Shown here: in pieces, positions 33,562 to 46,500 of the stretch
Layout of the letters: the number at the start of each line of letters is the position of its first letter
How positions within the stretch are numbered: the first letter of the stretch is position 1
NCBI GenBank assembly: GCA_010015585.1
Contig: ML975174.1
Reading direction: 5' to 3' (one strand)
Source of the DNA: Eremomyces bilateralis CBS 781.70
Lineage: Eukaryota
Length of the DNA stretch: 47,147 bases
Program-made: the position numbers and the translations under genes
The notes under the pieces: generated by a model
What the model was told of the DNA's origin: nothing
What the model saw: only the letters and a program-made list of their open reading frames with translations
Database searches by the model: none

Positions 33562-35523
33562 TGTGGCGGTTCACAATGCGATTGTTCTGAGGTAGACGTG
33601 CGATGGAGCTCCTGGGGGAAGTCAGAGGTTGGTATAGATGATAGATGATAGGGTCGGATCTTCGGCGGGGACTTACCTTTGGCTTGGAGGTGTGAAAGAT
33701 GGGAGTGAGAGGAAGGGTAGAACGTTGAGCTTCGGAGAAGTTGCTGCGGGAAATAGGGAGCAATGGCAGATTACTGGAGGTACTGTATTTAGGAGACACA
33801 ACTGGAGGGAACCATAGGGATGTTATTTGAAGTCAAAGAGAGATATCAGCGCTTCGTGAATCGGAGTTGAAACATGAACAGCCCCATCATGTTGATCAAG
33901 CAGAGGAGAGCAAGTGAGGTCTGTGGCTGTGCAACTATATTTTTGTGGGGTAACATAGGGTTTGCCTACGAATTGAAACGGCGCCAGTCTATTCTTGGAT
34001 CGGTGATGACGTCGACTCTGGGTAGGGTTGTTGTGCTCGGGATACCGGAGTAGTGAAGTTCAGATCTATTGTGTTCCATCTTCCAGCTTTGAGCCTTCTC
34101 AAAGGAATTCAAGGCGGTGTCTACGGAGTAGATATGTGGATAATTGGCAGTTGGATACAGATCATTGCCGACCCTCAGACTTCAACTGGTGGAGGGTAGG
34201 ATGTGTCGAACTTTGCTATATCTACCCTTCTTCTATATTCCTAGAGGGGGCTTCCCTTGTGGGGGTTTAGCTTGGTTGGGTAGATTCATCAGGATGGACA
34301 TGCAGGCTAGGAGACTTCAAGGCCGTGATAGCATAAGGGGTATCGTAAATCGTAGCAGTCTTAGACTTCAGCGACCATATGCTCTCCGGCGCCTGTGTAT
34401 AGTAGACATTAGAAACATCCCGAATCCAAGGCACTGAAAGCATCGATGAGGTACCTATCTAGAGGCACCATCCCACCAGTTCTACCATTGAGCTGTCGGC
34501 TTTCAGCCTTCCTCAACTTGGTACAGGATACTTTGGATAATGGATAGGATCCTCTTTACATTAGAATGCATGGAATACAACATATCTCGCAGCAGCCTCC
34601 ATCACACGTAGGACATGCTATGCAACCGGTCTGGACGGTCAACTTGATAGATTACTGATCGAGGAGGTTGAGCTGATCATTGACGACAGCACCTTGCTGA
34701 TTGATGATGTCAGCGCGGTATATGTGCTGGGTGGTCTTGTTCAGACAGTATTGTTCAAGTTAGCGGGTAAACCCGTAGTATAGGATCGAACAGGTGCGAA
34801 TGACATATCGAAGTCTCTTGGTGGGTAGGAGAGTATTGAGGGACCGATGGAGTGATGCGAAGGGGATTCAGGGGTGGCAAGTTGGGCATTGGGGTATTAG
34901 GAGATTGTTCACAGAAGCAATAACACAGTTGAAAGTAGTAGATTGACAAAATAATGTGCCCATGGTCAAGAAATAAGCAAAGTACCTCGAGTACGGTTAA
35001 CGGTACAGAAAGCTGAGGATCCATCTTCTGCTGGGGCAAAGGCCCGAGCCGCACCCCATCCCATCAGATCGCGTACCAGATATGAGATCAGATAAGGGAC
35101 CGACGTAGGGCTACGCTAATATTTCTATCTCATATTATTTCCTACCTTACCGGGCTTCCCGCCGTCATTTTCTCTGCCTACTCTTGTGCAGTCTCTCCGC
35201 AACCTTTCCTCCCACTAGTTAGAAAGGAGAGAGTTAGTACTCCATCCTTCGCCTTCGACGTGCTTGTCTAGCCTCCGGAATCGGAGAGTCAGACCAAGCT
35301 GCCTAATTCAAAGGCGGATAAAACGGCGATTTTATATCTAAGGATGTAACGTAGATGGCTAATTGATCACGGAATAGATGGACGAGGTTAGGAGATTACG
35401 AAGCCCACCGACGATCTTATCTTATCTGATGGAGTCGGTGACTCCACCCATGCGTGCCATGCACTCCATGTCACATGCAGAACCAGGGATAGAAATTACA
35501 TGTAAAACCAGCCTTTGTATGTA

Positions 35524-35936
35524 GGCTGGTGAGATTTTCCCCCCTCAGAAGTACCAAAATAACCAGTTTTGAAATTTACAAGGCAATGTAGCCACATTTT
35601 CACCATTATTTTCAAATTAAAAACTCAGAGAGAGTTCTTTAGAATTCCCTCTTGCTCTTGGACCCCAAAATTTGATTCTAATAAGCTGCGGGGTTGCGTG
35701 ATTTGGAATTGAAGTCGTGGTAGTTTTTTCATATAACTCATCAAGTTCAACACACAATTTAACCACAACGCAACGGGGATTTGGAGCTCTAAATTAGCAG
35801 GATCGGTTATCCAGGCTTTAGTATTCTTCTTATTTTTTAAAAATTATATTATTTCGAAGCTGGCGTTGAGCTGTTTGGAGTTGAAGTTGAAATATGGTGG
35901 TTTTGATACCTCTGAGGGGGGAAAATCTCACCAGCC
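35524..35936. mobile_element. Mutator-like (MULE) MITE, 413 bp, 9-bp TSD ttgtatgta
   Basis: TIR ggctggtgagattttcccccctcaga perfect for 26 bp and degenerate beyond; ttgtatgta directly flanks both ends (35515-35523 and 35937-35945); AT-rich non-coding interior. Confidence 0.92.
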
Positions 35937-36415
35937 TTGTATGTAACAATTGGAAATGTAACGTAAATTAGCAATTTTTTGTATTACTGTGACATTTACA
36001 GCTAGTCCCAATGCGGTTAAAATTAATGCCTTATTATCTATCTCAGTCTAGTTTATTGATACCTTGATGCCTCAGGTAGAGGTAATTTATCCTGAATTTG
36101 GCGAGTTGGTCGGCTTGGTCCATTCCTCACAGAAATTCCCTGGGCCCATCAAAACGCGCCTGTAAACTTGGCATGCAACGGAAATATTTTGGAGCGAACT
36201 ATACTAGCTGAATACCTCCGTTGGCGCGGCCCTTTTTTCAGCTACGAAGTCCTGACTCTCATCCTGTCTCTTCAGATCGACAATCCTTTCATGCATTCCG
36301 TATAGAACATTGACACGCAAAAGAGCTAGGACGCTGCTACCAGGTGGCAGTTGGGGTTGCGAGTTGTCAGCAGTAGAATCATTTTTTCCAGATACGCTGT
36401 TATATATTGTCCATA

Positions 36416-38138
36416 ATGACTGCCCAACACGATCCGACTCTGCCCGACGAGGAACACGCGCCGCTTCTCTGCGAGGGGGATCGGGTTCAAAACCATGGCG
36501 CCATTCTGGATGCATATGGATCTGGGGAGGTCGACAATGCCGAAGAAGGTGGTCTCGCATCCCCTGACTTGAAAGAGCCGAGTACTTTGAAATTGATCGT
36601 GATCATGGGCAGCATATGGGTTGGCGTTTTCCTTGGTGCTCTCGGTAGAACTCTCTGCCCAATCCTTTTAATATCCGAACTTCGCTAATATAGTTCTAGA
36701 TGCCACGGTCATTGCGACTCTCAGCGCCCCTATTTCCACTTCGTTCCATTCCTTCACCCTCGTATCCTGGCTCGCATCCTCGTATCTCATCTCCAATGCG
36801 GCCCTCCAGCCCCTTTCCGGCCGCCTCACCGACATCTTCGGCCGTCGGTCCGGCCTAATCTTCTCCAACGTCTTCTTCGGGGCCGGGAATCTGATCTGCG
36901 GTCTTGCCAGCTCTGAAGCCGCCATGATCTTTGGCCGCGTCATCGCCGGAATGGGAGGCGGAGGCCTGTTTGCCATCAGCACGTTCGTCGCTTCGGACTT
37001 GATTCCGCTTCGCCAGCGCGGCCTCTGGCAAGGCTTTGGGAATGTGTGCTATGGCCTTGGCGCGGGTCTCGGAGGCGTGTTCGGTGGGTGGATTAACGAT
37101 CGCTGGGGATGGCGGTGGGCGTTTCTTATCCAAGTGCCTTGTGTTGCAGTCTCGGGCGTCCTGGTCGCTTTTACGGTCAATATCCCGGTGAAGGAGAATA
37201 ATCTCTCTAGAATTCGCCGCGTCGATTTTCTTGGGGCGATGACGCTGGTCGTGTCGTTGACCCTTCTCCTTCTCGGTCTCAACTCGGGTGGCAACATCGT
37301 GCCCTGGACCCATCCCCTGGTTTTGACCGCGTTGCCACTCTCTTTGGTGTTCCTCGTGGCATTTATATTTGTGGAGGACCGAGTCCCCGAACCTATCATA
37401 CCTACACGTCTTCTAACGCGTCGAGCGGTCTGGGCTCCATGTGTTGTCAATTGGCTTCAGACGATGGCTGTCTTCGCGGTTGTGTTCTACATTCCAATCT
37501 ACTTTCAAATCCGCGGCCTCAGTGCGACTCAATCAGGAGCAAGGATGATTCCCCAGGCGCTTGGCGCTGCTATTGGATCCCTGGGCTCTGGATTGATCAT
37601 GCGAGCGACAGGACGCTACTACTACTTGAACCTCGTTACTCAAGCCTTATTTTTGGCCGGTTTTGCACTTATCGCGATAACCTTCGACCAGGACACCCCC
37701 GATGCCCCCCCCTATATCTACATCCTTATGGTCGGAATTGGATATGGAGGGATGCTGACCATCACACTTCTTGCACTGATCAGTGCGGAGGATCATAAGC
37801 ATCACTCGGTCATTACTTCCGCGTCGTATGCATTCAGAAGCACTGGCTCGACTCTCGGAATCGCGATCGCCAGCGGCGTTTTCCAAAACCTGCTGAAGTC
37901 GGGCCTCTGGAAGAGATTCGGTGATCGAGAGAATGCGGGAGAGATCATAGGGCGGGTGCGAGATTCCATTGATGAAATTCGTCATCTGCCTCCTGGATGG
38001 CAGAAAGGCGTACTAGAGGTTTACATGGCGAGTTTCAAAGGTGTTTGGTGGACCATGTTCGGTCTTGCAGTTTTGAGTGCACTCTGCAGTCTCCTCATGA
38101 AAGAGCACGTTTTGCATAATACCCTAGCGAGGGATTAA
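36416..38138 (+). CDS. MFS transporter, 14-TM DHA2/Vba-like multidrug or vacuolar basic amino acid transporter; intron 36645-36699
   Basis: EHAPLL N-terminal dileucine-type motif; GVFLGALDATVIATL; QPLSGRLTDIFGRR (MFS motif A); GRVIAGMGGGG; SDLIPLRQRGLWQG; many hydrophobic helices. Confidence 0.92.
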
Positions 38139-38240
38139 TATCACTCGGGGCTGCATCTCCAGGCACATAAAACCAACGTTGGGCCTAGATATAGGATTAG
38201 AGCGATCTATACTATATCGACTTTTAGCCAATTCGCGAGC

Positions 38241-39639
38241 TTAGTCAAGCTTCACCACGCTGCCTGTAACATCGTTGGTCGTGCTAGGCGGCAACTTCCC
38301 TGCTCCAGCGATCAACAAATACCGCGGATCCTGCTGGAACACCAACAACGACCTCGTGTAAGACTTGCCCTCCGGCGTGGCCACTTTCTCCCATGCGTCC
38401 TCGGCCCCCAGCGCTTTGTTGATGAAGATCTCCGTCCTCGTTCCGCACGACACAACGATCGTACCATGCTTGCCGCCGACCGGCGTCCACACGACGTACG
38501 GCGAGCCATCCGGCACGGTCCCGTCCTTGGAGACGATGGGATGGTGGGGCGCGTCGTTGAACTTCTCGGGGTTCTTGGAGAGGCGGTAGAAGACGGGGAA
38601 GCTGTAGTTCGGTTCGGTGGGGTTGGGGCCGCCTCCATACTCGTATACGTAGATGTATTGACCTGATATAGTGAGCGGAGTGAGAGGAACACTTCCTTAG
38701 GGACTTACCGTTGGGCAGATACGCGACGGTCGGCATTCCTGGGCGGTCGGTATAGGTTGGGTACGCGACATCAGTAACAGGAGGACCCCAGTTGATCAAG
38801 TCCGACGACGTCTGATGGGAAAGCTTCTGACCATACGTGGCGTTATCGCGCTGGTCCGCATAATAATAAATGAGCTTCTTCTGGTATGTCATCAAGAATG
38901 GCTCCCCTGTCAACGATCAGCTTCGAACTTTCGAGATTGCAACGATTCGGAATGAAATCTCGGCAATATGGCTCTTGTCACTTACACACTGGAGTTTCTC
39001 CCTGTCATCCGGCTGTCAGTCCTCGTGGATGCTAGAAGGGGTCTAAGTCCACTTACATTGTTCGGAATCGCCACTCCTCCCTTCGCTACATGAGACACAA
39101 ACTCCCACGTCCGCCCCCAATCTTTGGATGCGTACAACTCAAGCTATCCAGCATGTTAGCTACTAATAACCCATCCTTAGGGATAATCTTACCTGCGTTG
39201 ACGACAGATCCATCGGAATCGCCGACCCAGCAAGCAGCAGCGTCCCCTTCTTAAACCCCCCAATCGTCTCCGGAAGCAGATACAAAAACGGCTGATATCG
39301 CAGCCCAACCCCCAGCTCCGTGTCCTGCACGCGGGCGATCTCCGCCCACGTCTCGCCGCTGTCGGCCGATCGGTAGATGGGGAAGTGCACTAACGGCGGC
39401 TCGGGGCTGTAGTTCTCCCAGGTGGCGAGAAGGTCGTTGTTCGGGAGCTGGACGGTCCGCGCGTACAGGACGTGCGGGTCGGTGTAGTTGCGCGGCGGGC
39501 TGTGGATCACGACGCTGGAGAGCTCGTGGGGTCGGGTTTGGGGTCGCGGAGGGGATTGGGCGTCCACGGGGGTTGAGACAGCCGTGGAGATGATGGCGGC
39601 GGCGGCGACGAGCCACGCTTTGATGGGGAGGGACAACAT
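38241..39639 (-). CDS. Secreted BNR/Asp-box glycoside hydrolase, GH93 exo-alpha-1,5-L-arabinanase-like; exons 39639-39193, 39143-39057, 39001-38986, 38906-38709, 38662-38241
   Basis: Signal peptide; VLYAR, LLATWENYS, Asp-box SADSGETW, LRYQPFLY, spliced GETPVWEPFL, YYADQRD, DRPGMP, YEYGGG, GSPYVVW, YTRSL. Confidence 0.88.
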
Positions 39640-40659
39640 GTTGATCGCGGAAACGAGGTAGTGCGGATGTCGTAGCTCTGCACCGTGACTTCAGATTCTT
39701 CGCGATGTGGAGATCAGTCCATGATAATTTATATTCGGCGCTTTCCGCCCTCTTTTCCCCTGCACGCATCATTGCTATATGCCTCGCATTGGCAACCAGG
39801 TTTTCATATATCTAGCCTGTTCCCCGGAAACCCGAATTTAACCATTCGCTATGGTACTTGTCCTCCACCAATGGCGAGACCGTTCCCGTTCGCAGATCCC
39901 TGACTAGGATTGATGAAGCCAATTAGACAAGACATGTCGTATGACCCGACGGGCATTTCTCGCAGGTCGCTTCGATCTTTGAGGGAAAATTAGAGAAGTT
40001 TAATGCCTTTGCATTGGAGATGCTGAGGATTGCGGTATTCCAAGCCGGAGAATTGCAAACTGTTGGATGACTGTCTTCGGTAACTCGGTAAGCATCCTGG
40101 CTCAGCCAATATACCCATCGACAGGCCATCCCTATTCCCTGATCGAAAATATTCCAAGCTGAATATTATAAGAATATTATAAGATCTCGAAAATGTGTAG
40201 GACAGGTACAGTTTTCTACCTGTTTTGGTTCCTTCCTTTTCATGCTCCATGGTATGACTGAAACATGTTTGGCCAACGCTTCGCCAGCGTCATGCGGATG
40301 AGCTGTGGAGTGGTTTATAAATCGTGGCTGGTGGTGTTATGTGATCTATTCTTGAAGTTGGCATTGAAGGGGACGAACGTGAAACTTGCATTAGTCAAAC
40401 TTTGTTCGATATTCTTTTGCTCCCCTATAGATCATATCCAACATTCGTATCATACATCAAGTCGACACCGTCAGTCCTCATCCCAAACCGTTGTATTTGG
40501 AACTTTAGCAGGTTATTTGGTTCCAGTGCATTGCATCCGTGCAAGTTTCTAGATGGCATAAATCACAGTCTCGAGTGCAAGTAGGGTCCCAGCCACCTTG
40601 AGTCAATGACTGTTGTGCCCAAAAGAGTGGGATGTGTTCAGGTAGCATTAAGTAAAATT

Positions 40660-42132
40660 CTATACCCGGACCTGGGAGCTGCTTTTCTCAAGACTAGGAG
40701 CGAACCGAGCAACAATAGCACGACCAACCCTAATGCTTGGCTCGTCCAGAATCCTCGTGCCCAGCTCCGCAAGGAGCATAGTCAACGGAAAAATAAACGC
40801 CTGCGAGACCAAAAACCCGGTCGAAAATCCAATAGGCCCGGCATCCGGGATCGCCAGCTTATAGTCGAACCAGGTCCTAATATCGCCCGGGACTCTGCCA
40901 AACATGCGCTCGATACGGTCGCCGACCGTCCATAGGAAAGGGATGTGGAGGAGATAGAGGGAAAAGCTGATCCGTCCCAGATATTTCAGCCATCGGGTGG
41001 TGAAGAAGGACTGCAACCATTTGAGTCTGAGGACGGCGTAGACGAGGAGAATGGCGCCGGGGGTGTTCCAGAAGCGCCAATACTCGTCTTTGAAATACAT
41101 CGCTGGAATGAGCATCGTCATGTAATACCACCCGGGCGTGTTGTAGGAAAGCTCCGGATCGTCGTGTTTATCAGACGGTTGACACACAATCCACCAAGCC
41201 AAAACGAACAGCACGTTATAAACCACGTTTGTCACTCGGTTCGAGAAGCGCTTGATCAAAACACGGTCGATGCCATCCAGATCGTTGATGGCGAGAGCCA
41301 CGCCACCCATAAAGCAGGACATCGACCACTGCTTGATGAACAAGAAGATGATACCGGTGATGCTGAAAAGGCTCATCCGATATCGTGGGACAAACGCTGT
41401 CACTGCGAGCATTGAATACACTAGCAGGGAGCCTGTGAATTCAATAGGCATCGTCCAAGCCGGCGGATCGTACGGATACCACTGCGTAAATGACCCATGC
41501 TTGATGAACGGATTCATCAGCAAAGCGGTTTCATATACCCAGTTCCTGAGCTCCAGAAGAAGACTGTCTTGCGGCACCGGCCATTCCAAGACAGGCGCCA
41601 GTCCAAATGGCAGGTGCATGATGAAAACAAACGAAAGCGCTATGGTGAGCGCTGGGATATACAGCCGAAACGGGCGGCGAATAACCGCAGAAAGCAGCCG
41701 GCGATGTGCTGCAGCTGTGTCCCCATCGCGAATGAGTCGAAGGGGACCGGCACTGAGCACATAGCCTGAGAGGACGAAGAAGATCGCAACGGCGGCATTG
41801 CCACCGTTGAAAAAGATGCGGAGGAAGGGGAAGGTGGCAAACGCTGTTCGGCCGTGATATCCAAAGCCTTCATGGAGGATGTCATGTGAGCTATACCATG
41901 AGGGGTGTTGATGGCTCATGTAGACCAGGAAACAGGCGAGACCGCGTAGTCCATCGAGAAATGCAGTAGCCCGAGCCGGCGGTTTGGGTGCCGGTATGCT
42001 TGGTTCATCTTCCGTGGAAAGTAGCAGATTTTCGTTTTCAGAGTGGTCTTGGAGACCCTCATCTTCGACAGCCCATTCCAGTTCTATATCGTCCACCCAT
42101 TGCTCTTCTATGTCATCCGGGTGTGAAACCAT
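40660..42132 (-). CDS. Membrane acyltransferase family 3 (OafA-like; fungal 'hard surface induced protein 3'-like)
   Basis: TAFLDGLRGLACFLVYMSH, AVAIFFVLSGYVLS, RRPFRLYIP, WTMPIEFTGS, YLGRISFSLYLLH; multiple TM segments; ATG 42132. Confidence 0.88.
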   Translation of the reverse strand: MVSHPDDIEEQWVDDIELEWAVEDEGLQDHSENENLLLSTEDEPSIPAPKPPARATAFLDGLRGLACFLVYMSHQHPSWYSSHDILHEGFGYHGRTAFATFPFLRIFFNGGNAAVAIFFVLSGYVLSAGPLRLIRDGDTAAAHRRLLSAVIRRPFRLYIPALTIALSFVFIMHLPFGLAPVLEWPVPQDSLLLELRNWVYETALLMNPFIKHGSFTQWYPYDPPAWTMPIEFTGSLLVYSMLAVTAFVPRYRMSLFSITGIIFLFIKQWSMSCFMGGVALAINDLDGIDRVLIKRFSNRVTNVVYNVLFVLAWWIVCQPSDKHDDPELSYNTPGWYYMTMLIPAMYFKDEYWRFWNTPGAILLVYAVLRLKWLQSFFTTRWLKYLGRISFSLYLLHIPFLWTVGDRIERMFGRVPGDIRTWFDYKLAIPDAGPIGFSTGFLVSQAFIFPLTMLLAELGTRILDEPSIRVGRAIVARFAPSLEKSSSQVRV

Positions 42133-42520
42133 CTGAGCTGATGAATCAGGGCAACCGATCGTTAACGTCAACACTCCCCACGTAGCAACATTGCTGGCCT
42201 CGTGATGGTGTTTGCGACGAAAATATGTCTGTAAATGTGTAATTTCTTGTCGAGGACACGAAACAACTCACAAACCACGATCCAAGATCGCAAGGTTAAA
42301 CGTATCAAAGTTCCAGCCATCCGCAATCTGCATGTGATTACGTTAGTCCGGATCTGGGCTAGTGACGCCCCTGAACAGGGGATTGCAGATTAAATAATCC
42401 ACATTTGTTGATCGTTTTGGCGTGTCAATCAATCACAGAAACAATCGGTAACTGTCGCACGTGATGTGCTAAAATGGTTGGGAGTGAGATGCTGTTGTTC
42501 CAGCAGCGAAGTTGTTGTAT

Positions 42521-42558
42521 TGTGTAAGTTGTGTGTAAGTTGTGTGTAAGTTGTGTGT
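42521..42558 (+). repeat. 11-bp tandem repeat (tgtgtaagttg x3.5)
   Basis: Read directly from the sequence. Confidence 0.9.
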
Positions 42559-43502
42559 TCTAGCTGAATGCCTGGTCCCCCGGCCCTACAGATATACGAG
42601 AGTCACGGCAAGATTATTAATGCAGTTTGTAGCCTTGGACTCCTAGAGCTCATGCCTTGGCCTGCGACAGTAACCTATCAGAGGTAGTGAGATGCTTGTA
42701 TTCGGTCAGAAGTACATAGTTTACCTTGGAGGGTATATATATACCCAGGCTTATGTAATCTTATGTAATCTACAAGAGGCGGTGACTAAGTAATAGTCGC
42801 GGATTTCCGACAACATGTTACTTTGGAAGTTTGGATAATTACCGAAGACCGCGGGCATAATATAGCATTACAGTAGTCAAATGAAGTTCCCAGCTTTCTC
42901 GAAGACGTCTTGAGAATCTGGCAATGCTAAATGTAAGGGTCTCACTGTAGGAAATCTCCAATCGTGAGGCAAACATTGAATTGTTGCTATGAAGGAGGAA
43001 TCTATCTAAAGTGTGCAAGGCGTTATGTCCTGATGCTGCAGAGCAAACAGCAGGGCGCATACCGGGGTTTATGTAATCGTCTATTGACTGTTAGTATCCC
43101 GTTACGGCTGCAAACGGTAAAAATTAGCACTTGGCTACTTAACGGATGCTTACCATGTAAACGTCAGACCATATAAGCGCTTGACTAGGTTAGGCGTTTG
43201 GTTATTTTACGGTATGTGTAAATACCGGTTGTTCAACGGTTTGTGAACGGTTTGTTAAGGAATAGTGGGCCCTAGTGGCTGCCAATAGGATCTCCTCAAT
43301 TTTAATGCCTGACAGCCTGAGGCGCTCAAAATACACATGATTTTCAGCGTCACGTGCCTCATTGCCGATGTTCTCCCAGCCTTGGTCTAACATGCCTTGC
43401 CTGGTGCTACCCCCATGCACTCCTCCCATACCAACACGATGCTCCACCAGCCACACCACGAGTTCCATGCCACTAGTTACAGTGGCCAGCAAGCCCCCAT
43501 TG

Positions 43503-46500
43503 TTACATAAACTGGATCCTCGAGTCGACATACATCACGGTGCGAGAGGCGTTGTCGAGCGTAAGCTGAGCATTGTTCTCTGTAATCGGGACAACGTATA
43601 ACTGGCGTCCGGTGATCGAGGGGAGGCCGACGAGGGTCTGCTCTTCGCTGAGCTCGAAGAGGGGATAATTAAAGACGCGATCTTGACGTAACGGTTCGAA
43701 TGGAACGGCGGGAGTAATGAGGAAGAATATGCGGCAGTTATCTAGGGATATTAGCAGTAAACTCGGGCCAAGAGGGAGGCTGCTTACCTTTCAGGGCCTC
43801 ATGGATAAAGATCTGGTCGATACGACCAAGCATACCACTGTCATACTCTACGTAATGGCCACGGCTTAGAGTGATACGCTGCTCAGATCTCCTATAAGCA
43901 GAAGGTCAGCCTGTCTTACCCATTAAATGCCACTGCATAGTACTTACATCTCCCCCTCCCGGCGCGGCTCCCTCCAGACAAACGATACCTTCTTCCACCA
44001 ACGAAGTCGACGGGTGCCAGGATGGTTGACAGGCATCTTGTAGTCGGCACTATACGACCGGAAAAGTTTGGCGCGAAACCCGGCGGAGAACTTAGAGACA
44101 GACACTGGGAGCTGGAGTGTCTGCTCTACGTACTTGTTAGGAATCCGACCAAGCACAGACGGTTGACGATGCGTATCGTCCTCCCTGGTAGCCAGGGAGA
44201 TATCATGGTCTGCGTCCAACTCCCCAGCTCCGGTAGCTCCAGGGACCACTTGGAGCTGAGCGATCGTAGCGTGAGGCATCAGGGAGGTAAACAACTGGGG
44301 ACAACGTACACGGAGGTTTTGGAACTGGGCACTAAGGGCGGGATGCGTGACCTGGAAACTCCCATGGAGTAAGAAGCGGAGCGTCATGGTAAAGCTCTCA
44401 ATTTCAAGGAGATCCTTCTCAGGGTGCTTCTTATTCGTCCTAAGGATGTTCTTCTTATAGGATCGATGCTTCAGCTCACCACCAAGAGCATGGACGTTAG
44501 AGACGAGTGCATACTGGTCCTGTACCAGTGGGTAGTGAAGGGCAGCATGGACATTGGGGCGACTGATATTGTTCCTGTATCCCGCCGCCTTGTTTTTGGT
44601 CGACGCAGCCTCTTTCTTGGTGATGGCTACTGGAGTTGTAGAGGCAGTAATGATAGACATAGGGGTCTGCGTTGGCTGCGTCGACGAACCTGGCTCAACG
44701 GATCCTGTACGAGAACCAACACGAGAGAATGCCCTGGTCTGAATTGCCGCAGCACGAGAGGCCACTTCGCAGAGCCGTTGGAACATAGAGCGAGACGCCG
44801 TAATCTCCATATGTAGGGATGCGCGCTCCGCGGTAGTCAGATAGGCGGCGGAGAGGAGAGTATTTACCTTTGCCACTGATGCAACAGCCTTGACCAGAAT
44901 AGTAACGATATGGTCATTGGTAGGGAGCTTGGGGTTTTCCACAGCGGCCAGCTCAAGGACCTCGGTGCTAAAGACAATATGTGCCTCCTGGAGAAAGGTC
45001 GGCTTGATATGCGAGGCACGCAGCCAAAGGCGGAAGAGAACGGGTATAATAACAGACCAGCGAGCGTGCTCTTGGAGCGTATAGGAGCCGATATAAAATA
45101 GCGGCGACTGAATGCGGTTCCATCCTGGTGGAAATGGGAACGAGCGTACTTTCTGCGTATATCCAATAGCCGCTTGGGGGGTTAGTACTTGGTCAAGTAT
45201 AGCCAAGTGTAACAGCTCCGTAATACCACCTGCTTCGGAGTGCGCCATATCACCAGGGCAATCAATATTAATAGGATTGCAAGGGGCCAGCTTCTTCAAG
45301 GCAGGGAATTCGACACGCATGCCGTTGGCTCTGGCGAATGCCTCGTGGTGCGTCTTTTGCCAGACCGAATCCATATGCTGGCGTTGACGCATGACTTCGA
45401 AATGGTACCGACCACTGTGGACGATATTAAAGTCCAGGTTGCCTCGTCGAGGAGCGTCGATGGTACAGAAACGGCAGTTGAAATTTGCGGTCGGCCCCAG
45501 GAACCCTCCATTTAGCTGTTGCTGCGGCATATCACCGATGAATGCAAGGAAGGGAATACATACGAAGTATGTCTTGCCGTTGATATCCATATCAACGCCC
45601 CTATCCAGTCTTTGCATCAACTCTAGGGCGTCGACGACGTCGTCAAAGTTGCTACCGTGAGGGCCCAAAGTCAGTGGAAATACATTGGCCGGAATATTCC
45701 GCTCGGCTTGGACAAGGCAGGCCAGGAGAAGATAGAAGCCCATAATAGTACGGTGCATGTTACGGAAGAGCCCGAAGCCATCGAGATACCCAAGGATAGG
45801 TACAGACAAGATATCCGTCCCCCTAGGCCTATTCCGCTTTGCGAAATTGCTGACGAAATATTCTCGCCCATAGACCTCAAGCTCAAGTTCGCCGCGGATC
45901 GGGTGGGTCTTAAAGATAGGCCGGATACCTGTATTCTGGTTATAGACCCGACGTACAATATGCTCGTTTGGAGAGAGGCTGTCTGTTGATCGATCGCTAG
46001 GGAGTTGTACAGAGCTCCTGAAGGCATAGTCGAAATAGACAGTAATGTCTGTTAGGCGCTCAATCAATTCTTCGGGGACAACGTCGATAGTATCATCTAG
46101 CATAATGAATTCGCGGGAGTGAGGAGGCGGGTCGAGAGTAAGATTTTGGTACGTTGGGCGAGAGAGGAACTGGTTTATTAGCTGAAACCGCTGGACCTTG
46201 AGGACAATCGAACCCTCTGGGCTACTATGCTCGCGATATGTGCGGAAATCCCTTCCAAAAGCCACGATTTGGCCAAGATGCGGCTTTTGCGTCATCGTCT
46301 GACAGAGACACTGTGTATCGTTGCATTTGAAACGGACGAGATCCGAAGGAAAAACTGGCTCGGTCGTATTTGGATAGTAGCCGTACTGACCAGAAGAGCA
46401 ACGGATTGACGACGCCCAGGCAATAGATTCCCAGAGCTCTTTAGGCGAGTCGACGAACCTAGCCATCCCAAAGAACATATTTGAGCGTAGCTCGGTGTTC

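Noticed and set aside
33437..33799. 120-aa ORF from the track overlapping the CaaX peptide
   Set aside because: Non-ATG start, runs through an obvious intron, no protein-like features; the 38-codon frame has the start context and codon bias
33900..35100. Possible gene relic between the CaaX peptide and the MITE
   Set aside because: Short coding-like stretches (e.g. LDRLLIEEVELIIDD) but no family I can recognise; needs BLASTx
21617..42132. Secondary metabolite gene cluster (oxidoreductase, monooxygenase, O-methyltransferase, MFS, acyltransferase)
   Set aside because: No backbone enzyme (PKS, NRPS, terpene synthase or clear RiPP precursor with Kex2 repeats) in the window, and the genes are interspersed with unrelated ones
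42575..42600. ccctacag as a CACTA-like terminus
   Set aside because: Too short, and the opposite end is outside the window, so no TIR or TSD can be verified
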